Shown here in pieces: positions 41,738 to 51,110 of a stretch of DNA of 64,000 bases; within the stretch, counting starts at the first letter, position 1; each line of letters opens with the position of its first letter. The DNA comes from Kangiellaceae bacterium (lineage in GTDB: Bacteria; Pseudomonadota; Gammaproteobacteria; Enterobacterales; Kangiellaceae): contig JABXIQ010000001.1 of NCBI GenBank assembly GCA_013373015.1, positions 2,198-66,197 on the forward strand. The letters run 5' to 3'. The notes under the pieces are model-generated. The model was given only the letters and a program-made list of their open reading frames with translations. It made no database searches and had not been told where the DNA came from. The position numbers were made by a program, and so were the translations under genes.

Positions 41738-42725
41738 TTGACTCTTTCATTATTTTCTCAACAGTATCCCAGTCCCCATTTTGTATATAAAACCAAGATG
41801 ATGAGATCATACCCAAAGCACCATTTTTAAGTGCATAGTCTGTAAAATTATTCGTAGTATCTTCAGATTCCCATGTAGTACCTATCACGTTAAAACCTTC
41901 AGATTTTAACGTTTTAACTGTAGGGAAATCTATTTGCTCATCCCAATAATGCCAATCACAAACCACCAAATCTCTTGGAAGTTGATCTCTTAGAGGTTTA
42001 CCATAACCAAAAAGGTTTCCATGCAAATGCTTCTTTAACATTTTAGGAAACTCTTTCTGAGAAATAAGCATATCACCCCAAATCCATGTTTTAATGTTTT
42101 TTGACTTTAAATAATCATGCAGCCTTATTACATCTTGAACAAATAAATCAGCAGGAATTATTTTTTGGTCGTCGCCTAACCATTTGTTTTTTGAGTATTT
42201 GCTGTGCCCAGCAGCTTCATCATGTCCTATATGTAAAGCTTTAGGCTCTAAAAGTTCAATAAGCTCATTTATTAGAGGAAATACTATTTCCGAATAAACT
42301 TCGGAATTAGGATTGTATGTTACATCATTATAAAGAAATTGCGGGTGATAATCTTGTAAAAACTTTTCTTGATGAGTGAGTAGTTTTAATTCGGGGATAA
42401 TTTCCAAACCTAGACTCTTTGTATAACTTATCCACTCTTTAAATTCTGACCGGTTTACATATTTTTTACTAAGCTTCCAAGGTGCATTGTTAAGCTCAAC
42501 TCCATCGGTAACTAACGTAACTATATGTGTATAACCATTTTGTTTAGCCATAGAAGATATCTTCATTGCATCCTCTAAAACTATATTCCTAAACACAAAA
42601 TGAAATCCTAATAAGTTGTTATTGCTGTTTTCAACAGTTATATTAGCATCATCCATACATTGAGCCCTCATTATAAATAAAGAAAGTAACGATACAGCAA
42701 AAATTTTTAAAATCTTATCTAACAT
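41709..42725 (-). CDS. secreted GH20-like (dispersin B-like) glycoside hydrolase
   Basis: Trimmed to ATG 42725, 1 nt after the upstream stop; the track start is TTG. It has a signal peptide. The TIM-barrel landmarks are LGLEIIPELKLLTH, the catalytic D-E pair in LHIGHDEAAG, and KTWIWGDMLI. These parallel the dispersin B segments KGIELIPELDSPNH / HIGGDEF / KTRMWNDGLI. Confidence 0.55.
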   Translation of the reverse strand: MLDKILKIFAVSLLSLFIMRAQCMDDANITVENSNNNLLGFHFVFRNIVLEDAMKISSMAKQNGYTHIVTLVTDGVELNNAPWKLSKKYVNRSEFKEWISYTKSLGLEIIPELKLLTHQEKFLQDYHPQFLYNDVTYNPNSEVYSEIVFPLINELIELLEPKALHIGHDEAAGHSKYSKNKWLGDDQKIIPADLFVQDVIRLHDYLKSKNIKTWIWGDMLISQKEFPKMLKKHLHGNLFGYGKPLRDQLPRDLVVCDWHYWDEQIDFPTVKTLKSEGFNVIGTTWESEDTTNNFTDYALKNGALGMISSSWFYIQNGDWDTVEKIMKESSAIYYEKRK

Positions 42726-42726
42726 A

Positions 42727-43719
42727 TTAATACCCAAGTCTTTCCATAGTTTGGTAAAAGGGGATTTTTAGGCCATCATGCAACTCAGGATCAGGTTTGG
42801 CTTTTGGCTTTTTTAGTGTACCTTTTGCATACTCAATACATTTATTGTCATGTGGTAATTCCAAGAAATCTAGAAGTTCAATGAACTCTGTCTCAACATT
42901 ATTGCATAGTTTCTCATAATTTAACCTATGAAAACTATTATCATCAGTATCAATATATTTCATGCCTTCTCTCATAGTAACTATCCATTCTACAGCAGCT
43001 CTATCAACATGATTTTTCCAAGACAACATTTCATCCTGTAAATCTATTAAATCACTATGCTCAGGTATAAGTTGTTCTACTAAATACTTCCACTTACGAT
43101 CATTTACGCCCCACCAGTCATGTGTTTCAGCTTCGTTTTGGATACCGAGTCTTTCGCTCCAATAATCAATCGATAAGCAGGTATCACTACCACTTCTAGT
43201 AAGAAATAAAAATTTAGCATCAGGGAATACTCGCTTTAAAAAACTCACTCTGAAAATCATTTCTGGATATTTGTCGACCGTTCTTTTATTAAAAGTAACT
43301 TTTTCGTAGAAAGAATAAGTTTTATGAGCTTTTTGAATAAGCTTATCAGTTACATTTTCAGCATTTAAGCGATAAGTCGCATCTATATCTGTATAATTTC
43401 CGATAATATCTTCATTCGGTACAATTGAATTCCAAAGTGCTTTCGGTTCATTAAGATATCCAACATCTTTGTGCATAGATAAAATTATACCCAAAATAGT
43501 TGTTCCACTTCTTCCCGTACCCAAAATAAAAACAGGCTTTCTAACTTTGTTAGCGCCAGGCATTATTGTAGACAACTTCAAAAACTTGAACACAAAAAAA
43601 TTAAACCACCGTCCTTTTGTTGTTAACGGTCGACCTTCAAACAAGGCATAGCTCATTAGTCTAGAATATAGTCTTGATGGTCTAGTCTTAATATATTTTT
43701 TGTCGATTTGAGCTAACAT
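42727..43719 (-). CDS. sulfotransferase (RSGTT-loop class)
   Basis: It has the 5'-PSB loop FILGTGRSGTTILG and a 3'-PB-like segment FLFLTRSGSDTCLS. An N-terminal extension of about 60 aa includes a hydrophobic stretch. Confidence 0.8.
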   Translation of the reverse strand: MLAQIDKKYIKTRPSRLYSRLMSYALFEGRPLTTKGRWFNFFVFKFLKLSTIMPGANKVRKPVFILGTGRSGTTILGIILSMHKDVGYLNEPKALWNSIVPNEDIIGNYTDIDATYRLNAENVTDKLIQKAHKTYSFYEKVTFNKRTVDKYPEMIFRVSFLKRVFPDAKFLFLTRSGSDTCLSIDYWSERLGIQNEAETHDWWGVNDRKWKYLVEQLIPEHSDLIDLQDEMLSWKNHVDRAAVEWIVTMREGMKYIDTDDNSFHRLNYEKLCNNVETEFIELLDFLELPHDNKCIEYAKGTLKKPKAKPDPELHDGLKIPFYQTMERLGY

Positions 43720-43722
43720 TAC

Positions 43723-44754
43723 TTATAAAAACCTTTTTTTTATCGAGCTAAAAATATTTTTAGTTCGTCCTAAATTCAACATAACAGAAATACAACCTTT
43801 AAATATAATAACCGGTATATTATAAAGACTTACAAAAAGACTTTGGGCTACCGCGGAAGACTCATAACCAAGTTCACGCATTTCTTTATTACAAACCTTA
43901 TGACAAAGATTAAGCTCATAATGAGTCAACCCTCCATTTTTCCAACTATTGGCAATATTTGAATCTATTCCTTTCTGATTACTGGCATCTTCTTTTGTAG
44001 AAGATCCTACCTTTGGTATTTCCAGCATGTCATCGCTATATATAACTCCTAAAAAATCACAAATATTCTTTATGGCTGGCTCAGGGCTATTTACCAAATC
44101 TTCAAATTTTATTGAAAAAAATCGAGGATGCTTTTCATACTTTTTTGCTTCTAATACATTTGCCCGCCAAAGTTTCGTAATAAATATTGGATGATAATTA
44201 GCCCAAGACCTAAATGCTTCTAATCGAGGGATGGTTTTTGCTCCTAAACGTCTTCTTTTCCATTTATGCTTTTGTGACAACATAACAGCTCTAGGATCTC
44301 TAATCATATTAATGATTTTTGCATTTGGAAGTTTTTCTAATATCTGTCCAGCCGAAAATAAATATCTAGGCGTTTGCTCAAGTGGTATGTGCTTACCTGA
44401 ACCACTCATCTCGCTTAGAAGAACTTTCAAGTATAGTTCCATTGGATTTAATTGACCCAACTCTGAAATCAGCTTCTTACTGATGACATCATAATTTTTT
44501 TTAGGTGCGAAATATCCGTTTCGAATATTATTTATTAGCCTATTAGTCATTGGCAGCAAACTATCAGGACTCCATTCTTTATCTGAGTCTATGTCTTCAA
44601 ATGCAACCAGTTGTTCAAAGAAGTGAAGCTCAGGAAAGGTGGAAATATTTTTCTGCCGCCCTAATATTCGCCCAAGCATAGTTGTGCCACTTCGGCTATT
44701 GCCAACCACAAAAAAAATAATGTTATTTTTTAATAAGTTCATTGTATAAATCAT
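43723..44754 (-). CDS. sulfotransferase (RSGTT-loop class)
   Basis: It has FFVVGNSRSGTTMLGRIL (5'-PSB) and IINMIRDPRAVMLSQ (3'-PB), a pattern like TPST/RaxST/Stf0. An alternative ATG lies at 44742. Confidence 0.85.
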   Translation of the reverse strand: MIYTMNLLKNNIIFFVVGNSRSGTTMLGRILGRQKNISTFPELHFFEQLVAFEDIDSDKEWSPDSLLPMTNRLINNIRNGYFAPKKNYDVISKKLISELGQLNPMELYLKVLLSEMSGSGKHIPLEQTPRYLFSAGQILEKLPNAKIINMIRDPRAVMLSQKHKWKRRRLGAKTIPRLEAFRSWANYHPIFITKLWRANVLEAKKYEKHPRFFSIKFEDLVNSPEPAIKNICDFLGVIYSDDMLEIPKVGSSTKEDASNQKGIDSNIANSWKNGGLTHYELNLCHKVCNKEMRELGYESSAVAQSLFVSLYNIPVIIFKGCISVMLNLGRTKNIFSSIKKRFL

Positions 44755-45931
44755 TTATTTGTAAACAGTGTTGCTCTTTAGTATAGGAACTTATAAAAAG
44801 TTCATGTGCATTCCTGCTCATTTTTTTTACAGTCTCAGTATTGTTAATTGCTTTAAGAAATGAAAACAATTCAGTCTCACTGTACTTATTATAGAGAAAC
44901 CCATTAAAATTATGTTTAACCAACTCCGGAAATGCTCCTGTTCTAGAAGCAATGACTGGTTTACCATGTGCCATAGCCTCAAGACAAGTAAGCCCGAAAG
45001 TTTCGTTCAATAGTGACGGGTTGATAACAACCAAAGAATTCGCGAATATATTTTCTAAATCTTTTCCCGTTTTATATCCATCCCAAATAATATCTTTTTC
45101 AAGACCTAGTTTATTTGCATATTCTTCTATTTTATCTTTATCTTCTCCTTCACCGACAATCCTTAATGGTAACCTAGGTGATTTAAGCTTTGAATATGCT
45201 TTAATAAGTACTTTAACACCCTTTTCTTCGGTAATTCTTCCTACATACAGATAGTAATCACCATTGGTATTATTTTCTATACCGCAAGAATTAGTGAAAT
45301 TTGCAATAGTAGTTATTTTTTTCTTATCCAAGCCTAGTTTTATTAACTTTTCAGTTTGGTAGTTACTTACAGCTATATAATGATTTATAGAGTCATTTGC
45401 ACCAAAAAAGCGAGTCACATATGATTCTGCAGCAGTTAAAATAGAGCGGGCCAAACTACCACGGTTACATTTGTTTATAATTGCTTTCCAATATTTGTTT
45501 CCATGACATTGTTCACAATACTTGCCATTAGCATACAAAGAAGATATCGGACAAACTAGTTTATATTCATGTAAAGTTTGAACTATCGGTGCGCTATAAT
45601 TTTTTAATACCGTTAGTATACTTCCAGTAAGTTGGCCATAATAAATATGTAAATGTATTATATCTGGTTTAAAATCATTTAAAACTTTGACAAGTGTATT
45701 TTTTGCTCTTTTAGAGTACAAGAATGAAAATATATCCTTTAAAGCAGGATTTGATGTATTAATAGTTGGTACCGTTGAATGTATAAGGCTCTTATGAGTA
45801 TTTTGAAGTGACTCAGTGGAAAATGTTTTCACATCATGTCCATGCTCAATAAGTAATGCTGACAAATCTAAAAAGTAGCGATCAGAACCTCCTCTTGGAA
45901 AATGATAATTATTTATCTGCAAAATCTTCAA
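44723..45931 (-). CDS. GT4-family glycosyltransferase
   Basis: 402 aa with the EX7E region ETFGLTCLEAMAHGKPVIASRTGAFPELV. The TTG start overlaps the upstream TGA (TTGA). Confidence 0.85.
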   Translation of the reverse strand: MKILQINNYHFPRGGSDRYFLDLSALLIEHGHDVKTFSTESLQNTHKSLIHSTVPTINTSNPALKDIFSFLYSKRAKNTLVKVLNDFKPDIIHLHIYYGQLTGSILTVLKNYSAPIVQTLHEYKLVCPISSLYANGKYCEQCHGNKYWKAIINKCNRGSLARSILTAAESYVTRFFGANDSINHYIAVSNYQTEKLIKLGLDKKKITTIANFTNSCGIENNTNGDYYLYVGRITEEKGVKVLIKAYSKLKSPRLPLRIVGEGEDKDKIEEYANKLGLEKDIIWDGYKTGKDLENIFANSLVVINPSLLNETFGLTCLEAMAHGKPVIASRTGAFPELVKHNFNGFLYNKYSETELFSFLKAINNTETVKKMSRNAHELFISSYTKEQHCLQINDLYNELIKK

Positions 45932-46686
45932 CGAAACAACTCTCTAATAAGTGAACCAGTAGATAATGAATTAATAGCTTTTTGATTTTCATTAAAATCT
46001 TCAGCAAAAATAAAAGCTTCTATTGCATATTTTTTTGAATAACCCAGAATCAGTGCTTCATTTCTATTATATTTTATCGTATTGATGAGATTGATTGAAT
46101 CTTGAGTTTTATAATGTCTTAAGGCATTTTTTTTATCTAAAAATGTTCCTTTACAGTAAAAGCTTGCATCCATAATATTAAAAGTTATTGAAGTACTTCT
46201 ATAGTATACAACTTTACTTTTTTTGATGTTTTTTGAAGTGCTGTCAGATATATAACTATGATCATTTGTAGTATCATTAGGAGCAAGTGTAAAAACATAA
46301 TCATATAATCCATCTATTGATTTTAGATTACTTCTTAATTTTTCTTTATTTTCTTCTAACCTACCTTCTTCCAGCTCCCAGAAATATAATTTTTTAAAAG
46401 GCAATCCCGTCAGGGCTCTCTTTGACTCGATTACTCTTTTTGCATTTATTTCAGGGTTTGCTGTTCTTGTAACCAAAATGAGCTCAATCTCTAATCTAAG
46501 ACCATTTTCTTTTATAAAGTTATAACAACCTAACACCTCATCATCTGAATGAGGAATTAGTATAACCACTTTTGTACCAGCCAGTATTTTTTTTAAAGGG
46601 ATAATTGGCTTAACAAAGCTCCTACTTTTAATTTGTAGAAACCACAATAATAAATTATCCAATAGTGTTTTTAATATCTTTTTCAT
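45928..46686 (-). CDS. PIG-L/LmbE-family N-acetylglucosaminyl de-N-acetylase
   Basis: 252 aa with the family metal/catalytic motif VVILIPHSDDEVLGC (the PHxDDE pattern). Confidence 0.75.
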   Translation of the reverse strand: MKKILKTLLDNLLLWFLQIKSRSFVKPIIPLKKILAGTKVVILIPHSDDEVLGCYNFIKENGLRLEIELILVTRTANPEINAKRVIESKRALTGLPFKKLYFWELEEGRLEENKEKLRSNLKSIDGLYDYVFTLAPNDTTNDHSYISDSTSKNIKKSKVVYYRSTSITFNIMDASFYCKGTFLDKKNALRHYKTQDSINLINTIKYNRNEALILGYSKKYAIEAFIFAEDFNENQKAINSLSTGSLIRELFR

Positions 46687-48049
46687 TTATCGAATATGAT
46701 TTTATAGAACTGGCAATAGAAACACCTGCCAGGGTCCAGAAAATAAAAGAAAAAGCTCGCAATTCAAGGGCTCTCTCCATGAACAGCGCAAGAGGCAGTA
46801 AAAAACATGCTATTCTAAAGGACTGAACTAACACGTTATTATTTGATGTTTGCTTCAAAAAGAATATTGAGCGTCTGTAAATAAGTATTAAAAACAGTGT
46901 CAGTACCAATAGACCTAAAGGCCCGTAATAGATCAAAGAAGCTATAACAAATACATCTTCAAACGCATTCCATCCTACTAGCTTACCAAATGCACCACCT
47001 TTTGCAGCTAAAATAGATTGAGCATTATTTACATCAGCGCCATAGCCAAGTGGCTTAAAAGAAGTAATTGCCTCTTTCCCTACCTCCATAATAAACCAAC
47101 CTCTAGACCCACTAGAAGTGTTTTGCCAATATTCAATACTTAGCAATTGCATCAGCGACTGTATAGGACTCAAAGACACTTCTTTTGCTTTAACATATTC
47201 AATTGATGATAAATTAGACACCATCATTAAAGCAATAACACCGGAGAGCATGATAGCACCTAACAACATCACTCTAAATCTATGCCCCACAAACCACCAC
47301 CATATAATGGGTATAGATAAAGTCAAAAGGAGTGGACCACGTTTATAAGTGTAAAAAATCCCTATAAGACAAAGAAAATACATTAGATACATAGATATTG
47401 ACTTATTCTTGTAACAGCTACCATATACAAAAAAGATAATAGCGCATATAAACAAAAAGAATGCTAAGGCTGCTGGTCGTCCAAAAGAACCATAACCAAC
47501 ACCAATCTTTGTTTCAAGGTTATTCACTAAACTCTGTATTTCTGTCAGCTCTGCTTTTATCACTGGAGGGGCAAAAAAACGGTCTCTAAACTCCTCGCCT
47601 AAAACATGTTGGAGTAAAGTAAAGCCAACTTGCGTTATAACGATAAGGCTTAATACTTTTATCAATATATCTAATTGTCTAGAAGTGGGCGTCCATTGCA
47701 GTAGAACAATAATGTAATAAAAAGCAATATACCTCATCATTGCTCTTAGGTTAATTAAAGCTTTAAACAAATCTCCATTGTTAATCAAGGTAGAAATAAA
47801 TACCAGCATTAAAAAGAACAGTATACAGAAATCCGCTTTAGTCACCCTAAAATTTGAAATACTCTTATCCAAACATTTTGCAACAACTACCAAGAAAAGA
47901 ATTCCGTAAACCAATAACTCACTAAAGGTCTTTGCCAAGATATAACTTAGCTCACCATTCAAAAGCCTGCCGTATAACATCTCTTCAAAACTGAAGAGCA
48001 ATATAAGACAAATAAGCACAATAAAAATGAAGGGTTGTATTCTAATCAT
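46655..48049 (-). CDS. wzy: O-antigen/capsule repeat-unit polymerase (Wzy-like)
   Basis: 464 aa with at least 10 hydrophobic helices and one larger loop. It is very AT-rich and has an ATGA overlap with the upstream gene. The call rests on topology and context. Confidence 0.65.
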   Translation of the reverse strand: MIRIQPFIFIVLICLILLFSFEEMLYGRLLNGELSYILAKTFSELLVYGILFLVVVAKCLDKSISNFRVTKADFCILFFLMLVFISTLINNGDLFKALINLRAMMRYIAFYYIIVLLQWTPTSRQLDILIKVLSLIVITQVGFTLLQHVLGEEFRDRFFAPPVIKAELTEIQSLVNNLETKIGVGYGSFGRPAALAFFLFICAIIFFVYGSCYKNKSISMYLMYFLCLIGIFYTYKRGPLLLTLSIPIIWWWFVGHRFRVMLLGAIMLSGVIALMMVSNLSSIEYVKAKEVSLSPIQSLMQLLSIEYWQNTSSGSRGWFIMEVGKEAITSFKPLGYGADVNNAQSILAAKGGAFGKLVGWNAFEDVFVIASLIYYGPLGLLVLTLFLILIYRRSIFFLKQTSNNNVLVQSFRIACFLLPLALFMERALELRAFSFIFWTLAGVSIASSIKSYSINEKDIKNTIG

Positions 48050-48933
48050 ATATACTGATTAATACTCTTCCATTTAGATAAGTCGATTTTAAAATTTGAT
48101 TCTAGCAATTCTATATCAGAGCGGAAATACTCTGTCAGTTCTTTTTTTGTAGCTTCAGAAAGGCAAGGTCTGTCAAGATTATCTTTTTTATTATAAACGA
48201 AAAATATTTTTTTTATTCTATCTCTTGATTTTCTATTGAAAAAAGGCTTAAGCATCGGGCCTATGATTTTATTTAATTTAAAAAATAAATGGTTTGATTT
48301 TGCGCCACCAACAGTTCTATTAAACTGTTCATTGGTGTCTATCGGTTCTTTTTTTAAATCGAAAAAAGTTAGTATTTCTTCTAATGTATCATTTGGATTT
48401 TCTTTAAACTCTTCAAATAAAACTATTTTAATTTGATTTTTATTAAAATAGTTTAGTAACTTTTCAAGTTGCTTAAAGTATAGCCCCCTATCAAGATATG
48501 CATTATATCTTTTGTGTATCATCTTGCCTGAACTCAATCTCTCTGGTTCTTTCTTAACTGCCAAATCAAAGCTTTGCTCAATTTCCCTTCCTTTTTGTAG
48601 AGCATATTGATGAGCAGAAAAAGCTCTAGATACCGGCTCCCTTAATAAAACAACTAATCTCATATTAGGATTATGTTCATAAAGCCTTTTGTGCGCTTCT
48701 TCAAAATATACACATCCCACATTTTTAGCTAGAATAAAATCAGCATTTTGATTAGATGTATAGAAGCTGTTATAACACTTATCAAATCCTTGCTTATACA
48801 CATCCTCATTAACGAAATATGGAAGCTCCATAACATCATGAGATGCGACACTAGAATGAGATGACAAGTATCTAAATAACGATGTTGTAGCCGCTTTTTC
48901 GACACCAATGATCATTCCATCAATTGAAATCAT
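48046..48933 (-). CDS. sulfotransferase (Sulfotransfer_1, heparan-sulfate-sulfotransferase-like class)
   Basis: It has MIIGVEKAATTSLFRYLSSH (5'-PSB, GVxKxxT type) and LVVLLREPVSRAFSAHQY (3'-PB). By hand it is collinear with animal 3-OST/NST motifs. Confidence 0.85.
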   Translation of the reverse strand: MISIDGMIIGVEKAATTSLFRYLSSHSSVASHDVMELPYFVNEDVYKQGFDKCYNSFYTSNQNADFILAKNVGCVYFEEAHKRLYEHNPNMRLVVLLREPVSRAFSAHQYALQKGREIEQSFDLAVKKEPERLSSGKMIHKRYNAYLDRGLYFKQLEKLLNYFNKNQIKIVLFEEFKENPNDTLEEILTFFDLKKEPIDTNEQFNRTVGGAKSNHLFFKLNKIIGPMLKPFFNRKSRDRIKKIFFVYNKKDNLDRPCLSEATKKELTEYFRSDIELLESNFKIDLSKWKSINQYI

Positions 48934-49798
48934 AGTAATCCTGACCTATATATTGATAAATTTTAGCAACAGTAGACTCATTTACAATGACAGCTTTGGC
49001 ACTTCGATTAGTGTATATAACCTTTTTAACAAAGTTATTCACAAAGCTTAATAACACTCCAATTATTGGAATACCTTTAAAGGTTATTGCTGCTGCTCTT
49101 CGAAACTTATCATATGTTTTTGCTAAAGCCGGCAGCCTTGACTCAACACTTTTGTTACTGATTTTAAAGTCATAATTTTCGTACATAGACGAAGAAATAT
49201 TTGTGAATTTACATATGTCTGCCATTAATTTTTGAGGGTTATTTCTCAACAAATCAAAATCCACAATAAAAACTCTATCAGAAAAAGCATTTTTTATTTT
49301 ATTAATAAATTGTTTGTTTTTTGCCTGTTCTAATGCGCGCAGATGAATAGGACTATTATCTTTAAAGCCTTTCTTAATACAAAGTTCTATATAATCTTCA
49401 AAGCTAGTGTTTTTTTCTAACAATCCTTTCTGAAGCGAAAATTTATACCAGGAAACAATTCTATCTAAAACACCCCTGATAATTATTATAATTTTTGAAT
49501 TAGGCAACAGTTCTGCAACAGATAAAAATGTCTCACAATACATATAATCAGGGCTAGCCTCCAATCTAATCCTATCATGCTCTGCATCTGAGAACATTTC
49601 TTCATATTCATCTAAGTTTGAACCGTCAAATGTATTTTCCTTCATTGCCGGATAAGATTTATCTAAAAAAAATCTTAACTCTTTCGATTTTGCCGTTGCT
49701 ATATCTTTGTGACATTTTAAGTAGTTATACATTGATGTAGTACCGGATTTTGATTCACCAGCTATGATCAAATACCGTTTATCACTTTGTATATTCAA
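48920..49798 (-). CDS. sulfotransferase (Sulfotransfer_1-like class)
   Basis: It has YLIIAGESKSGTTSMYNYL (5'-PSB) and KIIIIIRGVLDRIVSWYKF (3'-PB). The TTG start follows directly after the wzx TAA. Confidence 0.8.
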   Translation of the reverse strand: MNIQSDKRYLIIAGESKSGTTSMYNYLKCHKDIATAKSKELRFFLDKSYPAMKENTFDGSNLDEYEEMFSDAEHDRIRLEASPDYMYCETFLSVAELLPNSKIIIIIRGVLDRIVSWYKFSLQKGLLEKNTSFEDYIELCIKKGFKDNSPIHLRALEQAKNKQFINKIKNAFSDRVFIVDFDLLRNNPQKLMADICKFTNISSSMYENYDFKISNKSVESRLPALAKTYDKFRRAAAITFKGIPIIGVLLSFVNNFVKKVIYTNRSAKAVIVNESTVAKIYQYIGQDYYDFN

Positions 49799-51076
49799 TT
49801 AACTTTGTAGCCTTTTTAAAAATGGAAGAGTATTGATATGTAATTTTTTACTTACTAAATAAGTTAGTATAGTGTTGGAAAGTATAGCAACTATAGAAAC
49901 ACTTATTGCTGCTCCTATCAGCCCATAATTCGGTATCAAGATAATACAAGCTACACATAGTAGAAGACCACTGAACATTGTTACTTTTTTTGAGACTATC
50001 TCATTGCCCGATGTAATGAGCAGATAGTTCACAGAACCAGTAAGCGCATTTGCAAACTGACCTAGTGCTAATATTATTAGAGCACCCCCTCCTCTTGAAA
50101 AGTCATTTCCAAAAACACTCATTATCAAATCACCAAAAAAAATTATTACAAGCAATACAGGACTTGAGATACCTATAATTATTACTGACATTTTTCTTGC
50201 AATAGATTCAATTTCTTTCAAGTTGTCTTTCGCAAAAAGCGCTGAAAACCTAGGGGCAATCGCATTATTTACCGCAGACAAGGTAAAGCTCACCAACATT
50301 GCAACACGTATAGCTGTCCCAAATATTCCTACATCATCACTTGTAACCCAAAAACCCATTATCAATATTGGGGCATGTTGCAGTATCCCTCTATTTATTA
50401 TGGCAACTACGAGCAAATGCTTACTTCTTTCCCAAAGTTTTCTAAAAGGATAATACGGTACTTTATTCCAGCCACCTATTCTAATGACCCAATTAATGTA
50501 ACAAATTATCAAGACACAATAAGATGCAATGATATAGCTTAAATAAACGCCCTTGCTCTCAAAGTTTTGACTTAAAGGGTATATTAATATTAATCCTAAT
50601 AATGGCAGTAAAGCACCTTGAATCACCATACCAAGAGCATAATTACCACACCCCTTTAAAAATTCAGAATATAAATTAAATATTGTTAAAGGTAAGATTC
50701 CCAAAATCATTATATAGAATGCAGACTCAAAAAAAGCACTCTGAAAAACCTTATTACCAAATAGCGCTAATAATAGATAGATTATAACAATAATGGCCAA
50801 AGAAACTACTGTAGGCACCACAATCCCAGTTTTTGCAACAGCCTTAACTTTCATTTCTTGCTTATTTGCTTTATATTGCGCTGCATTCTTTAATAGAATA
50901 TTATCTAGTCCTAACTTTGAAAAGATACTAATTATAGTAATTGCAGACAATGCAAAGTAATAATGCCCTGAACTTTCCGCACCTAATATTCTCGCTACAA
51001 CTATATTGAATAGGAACATCAAGCCAGCACCAATCACCTTTAGTGTCATGGCAGAAAATGCTGTTTTAATTAGCAT
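49799..51076 (-). CDS. wzx: polysaccharide flippase (Wzx, MOP superfamily)
   Basis: 425 aa with about 12 TM helices. Its position and topology are typical for Wzx. Confidence 0.75.
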   Translation of the reverse strand: MLIKTAFSAMTLKVIGAGLMFLFNIVVARILGAESSGHYYFALSAITIISIFSKLGLDNILLKNAAQYKANKQEMKVKAVAKTGIVVPTVVSLAIIVIIYLLLALFGNKVFQSAFFESAFYIMILGILPLTIFNLYSEFLKGCGNYALGMVIQGALLPLLGLILIYPLSQNFESKGVYLSYIIASYCVLIICYINWVIRIGGWNKVPYYPFRKLWERSKHLLVVAIINRGILQHAPILIMGFWVTSDDVGIFGTAIRVAMLVSFTLSAVNNAIAPRFSALFAKDNLKEIESIARKMSVIIIGISSPVLLVIIFFGDLIMSVFGNDFSRGGGALIILALGQFANALTGSVNYLLITSGNEIVSKKVTMFSGLLLCVACIILIPNYGLIGAAISVSIVAILSNTILTYLVSKKLHINTLPFLKRLQS

Positions 51077-51110
51077 TGAAATGGAAACCTATGTTTTATT
51101 ACTTATGCTT

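Noticed and set aside
42727-44754. The RSGTT-class sulfotransferases as a RaxST-like tyrosine-sulfating peptide system
   Set aside because: No small RaxX-like precursor ORF, peptidase-ABC exporter or MFP/OMF genes are nearby. Both genes are embedded between glycan genes and translationally coupled to them. A glycan acceptor is the simpler reading, although a protein substrate is not formally excluded.
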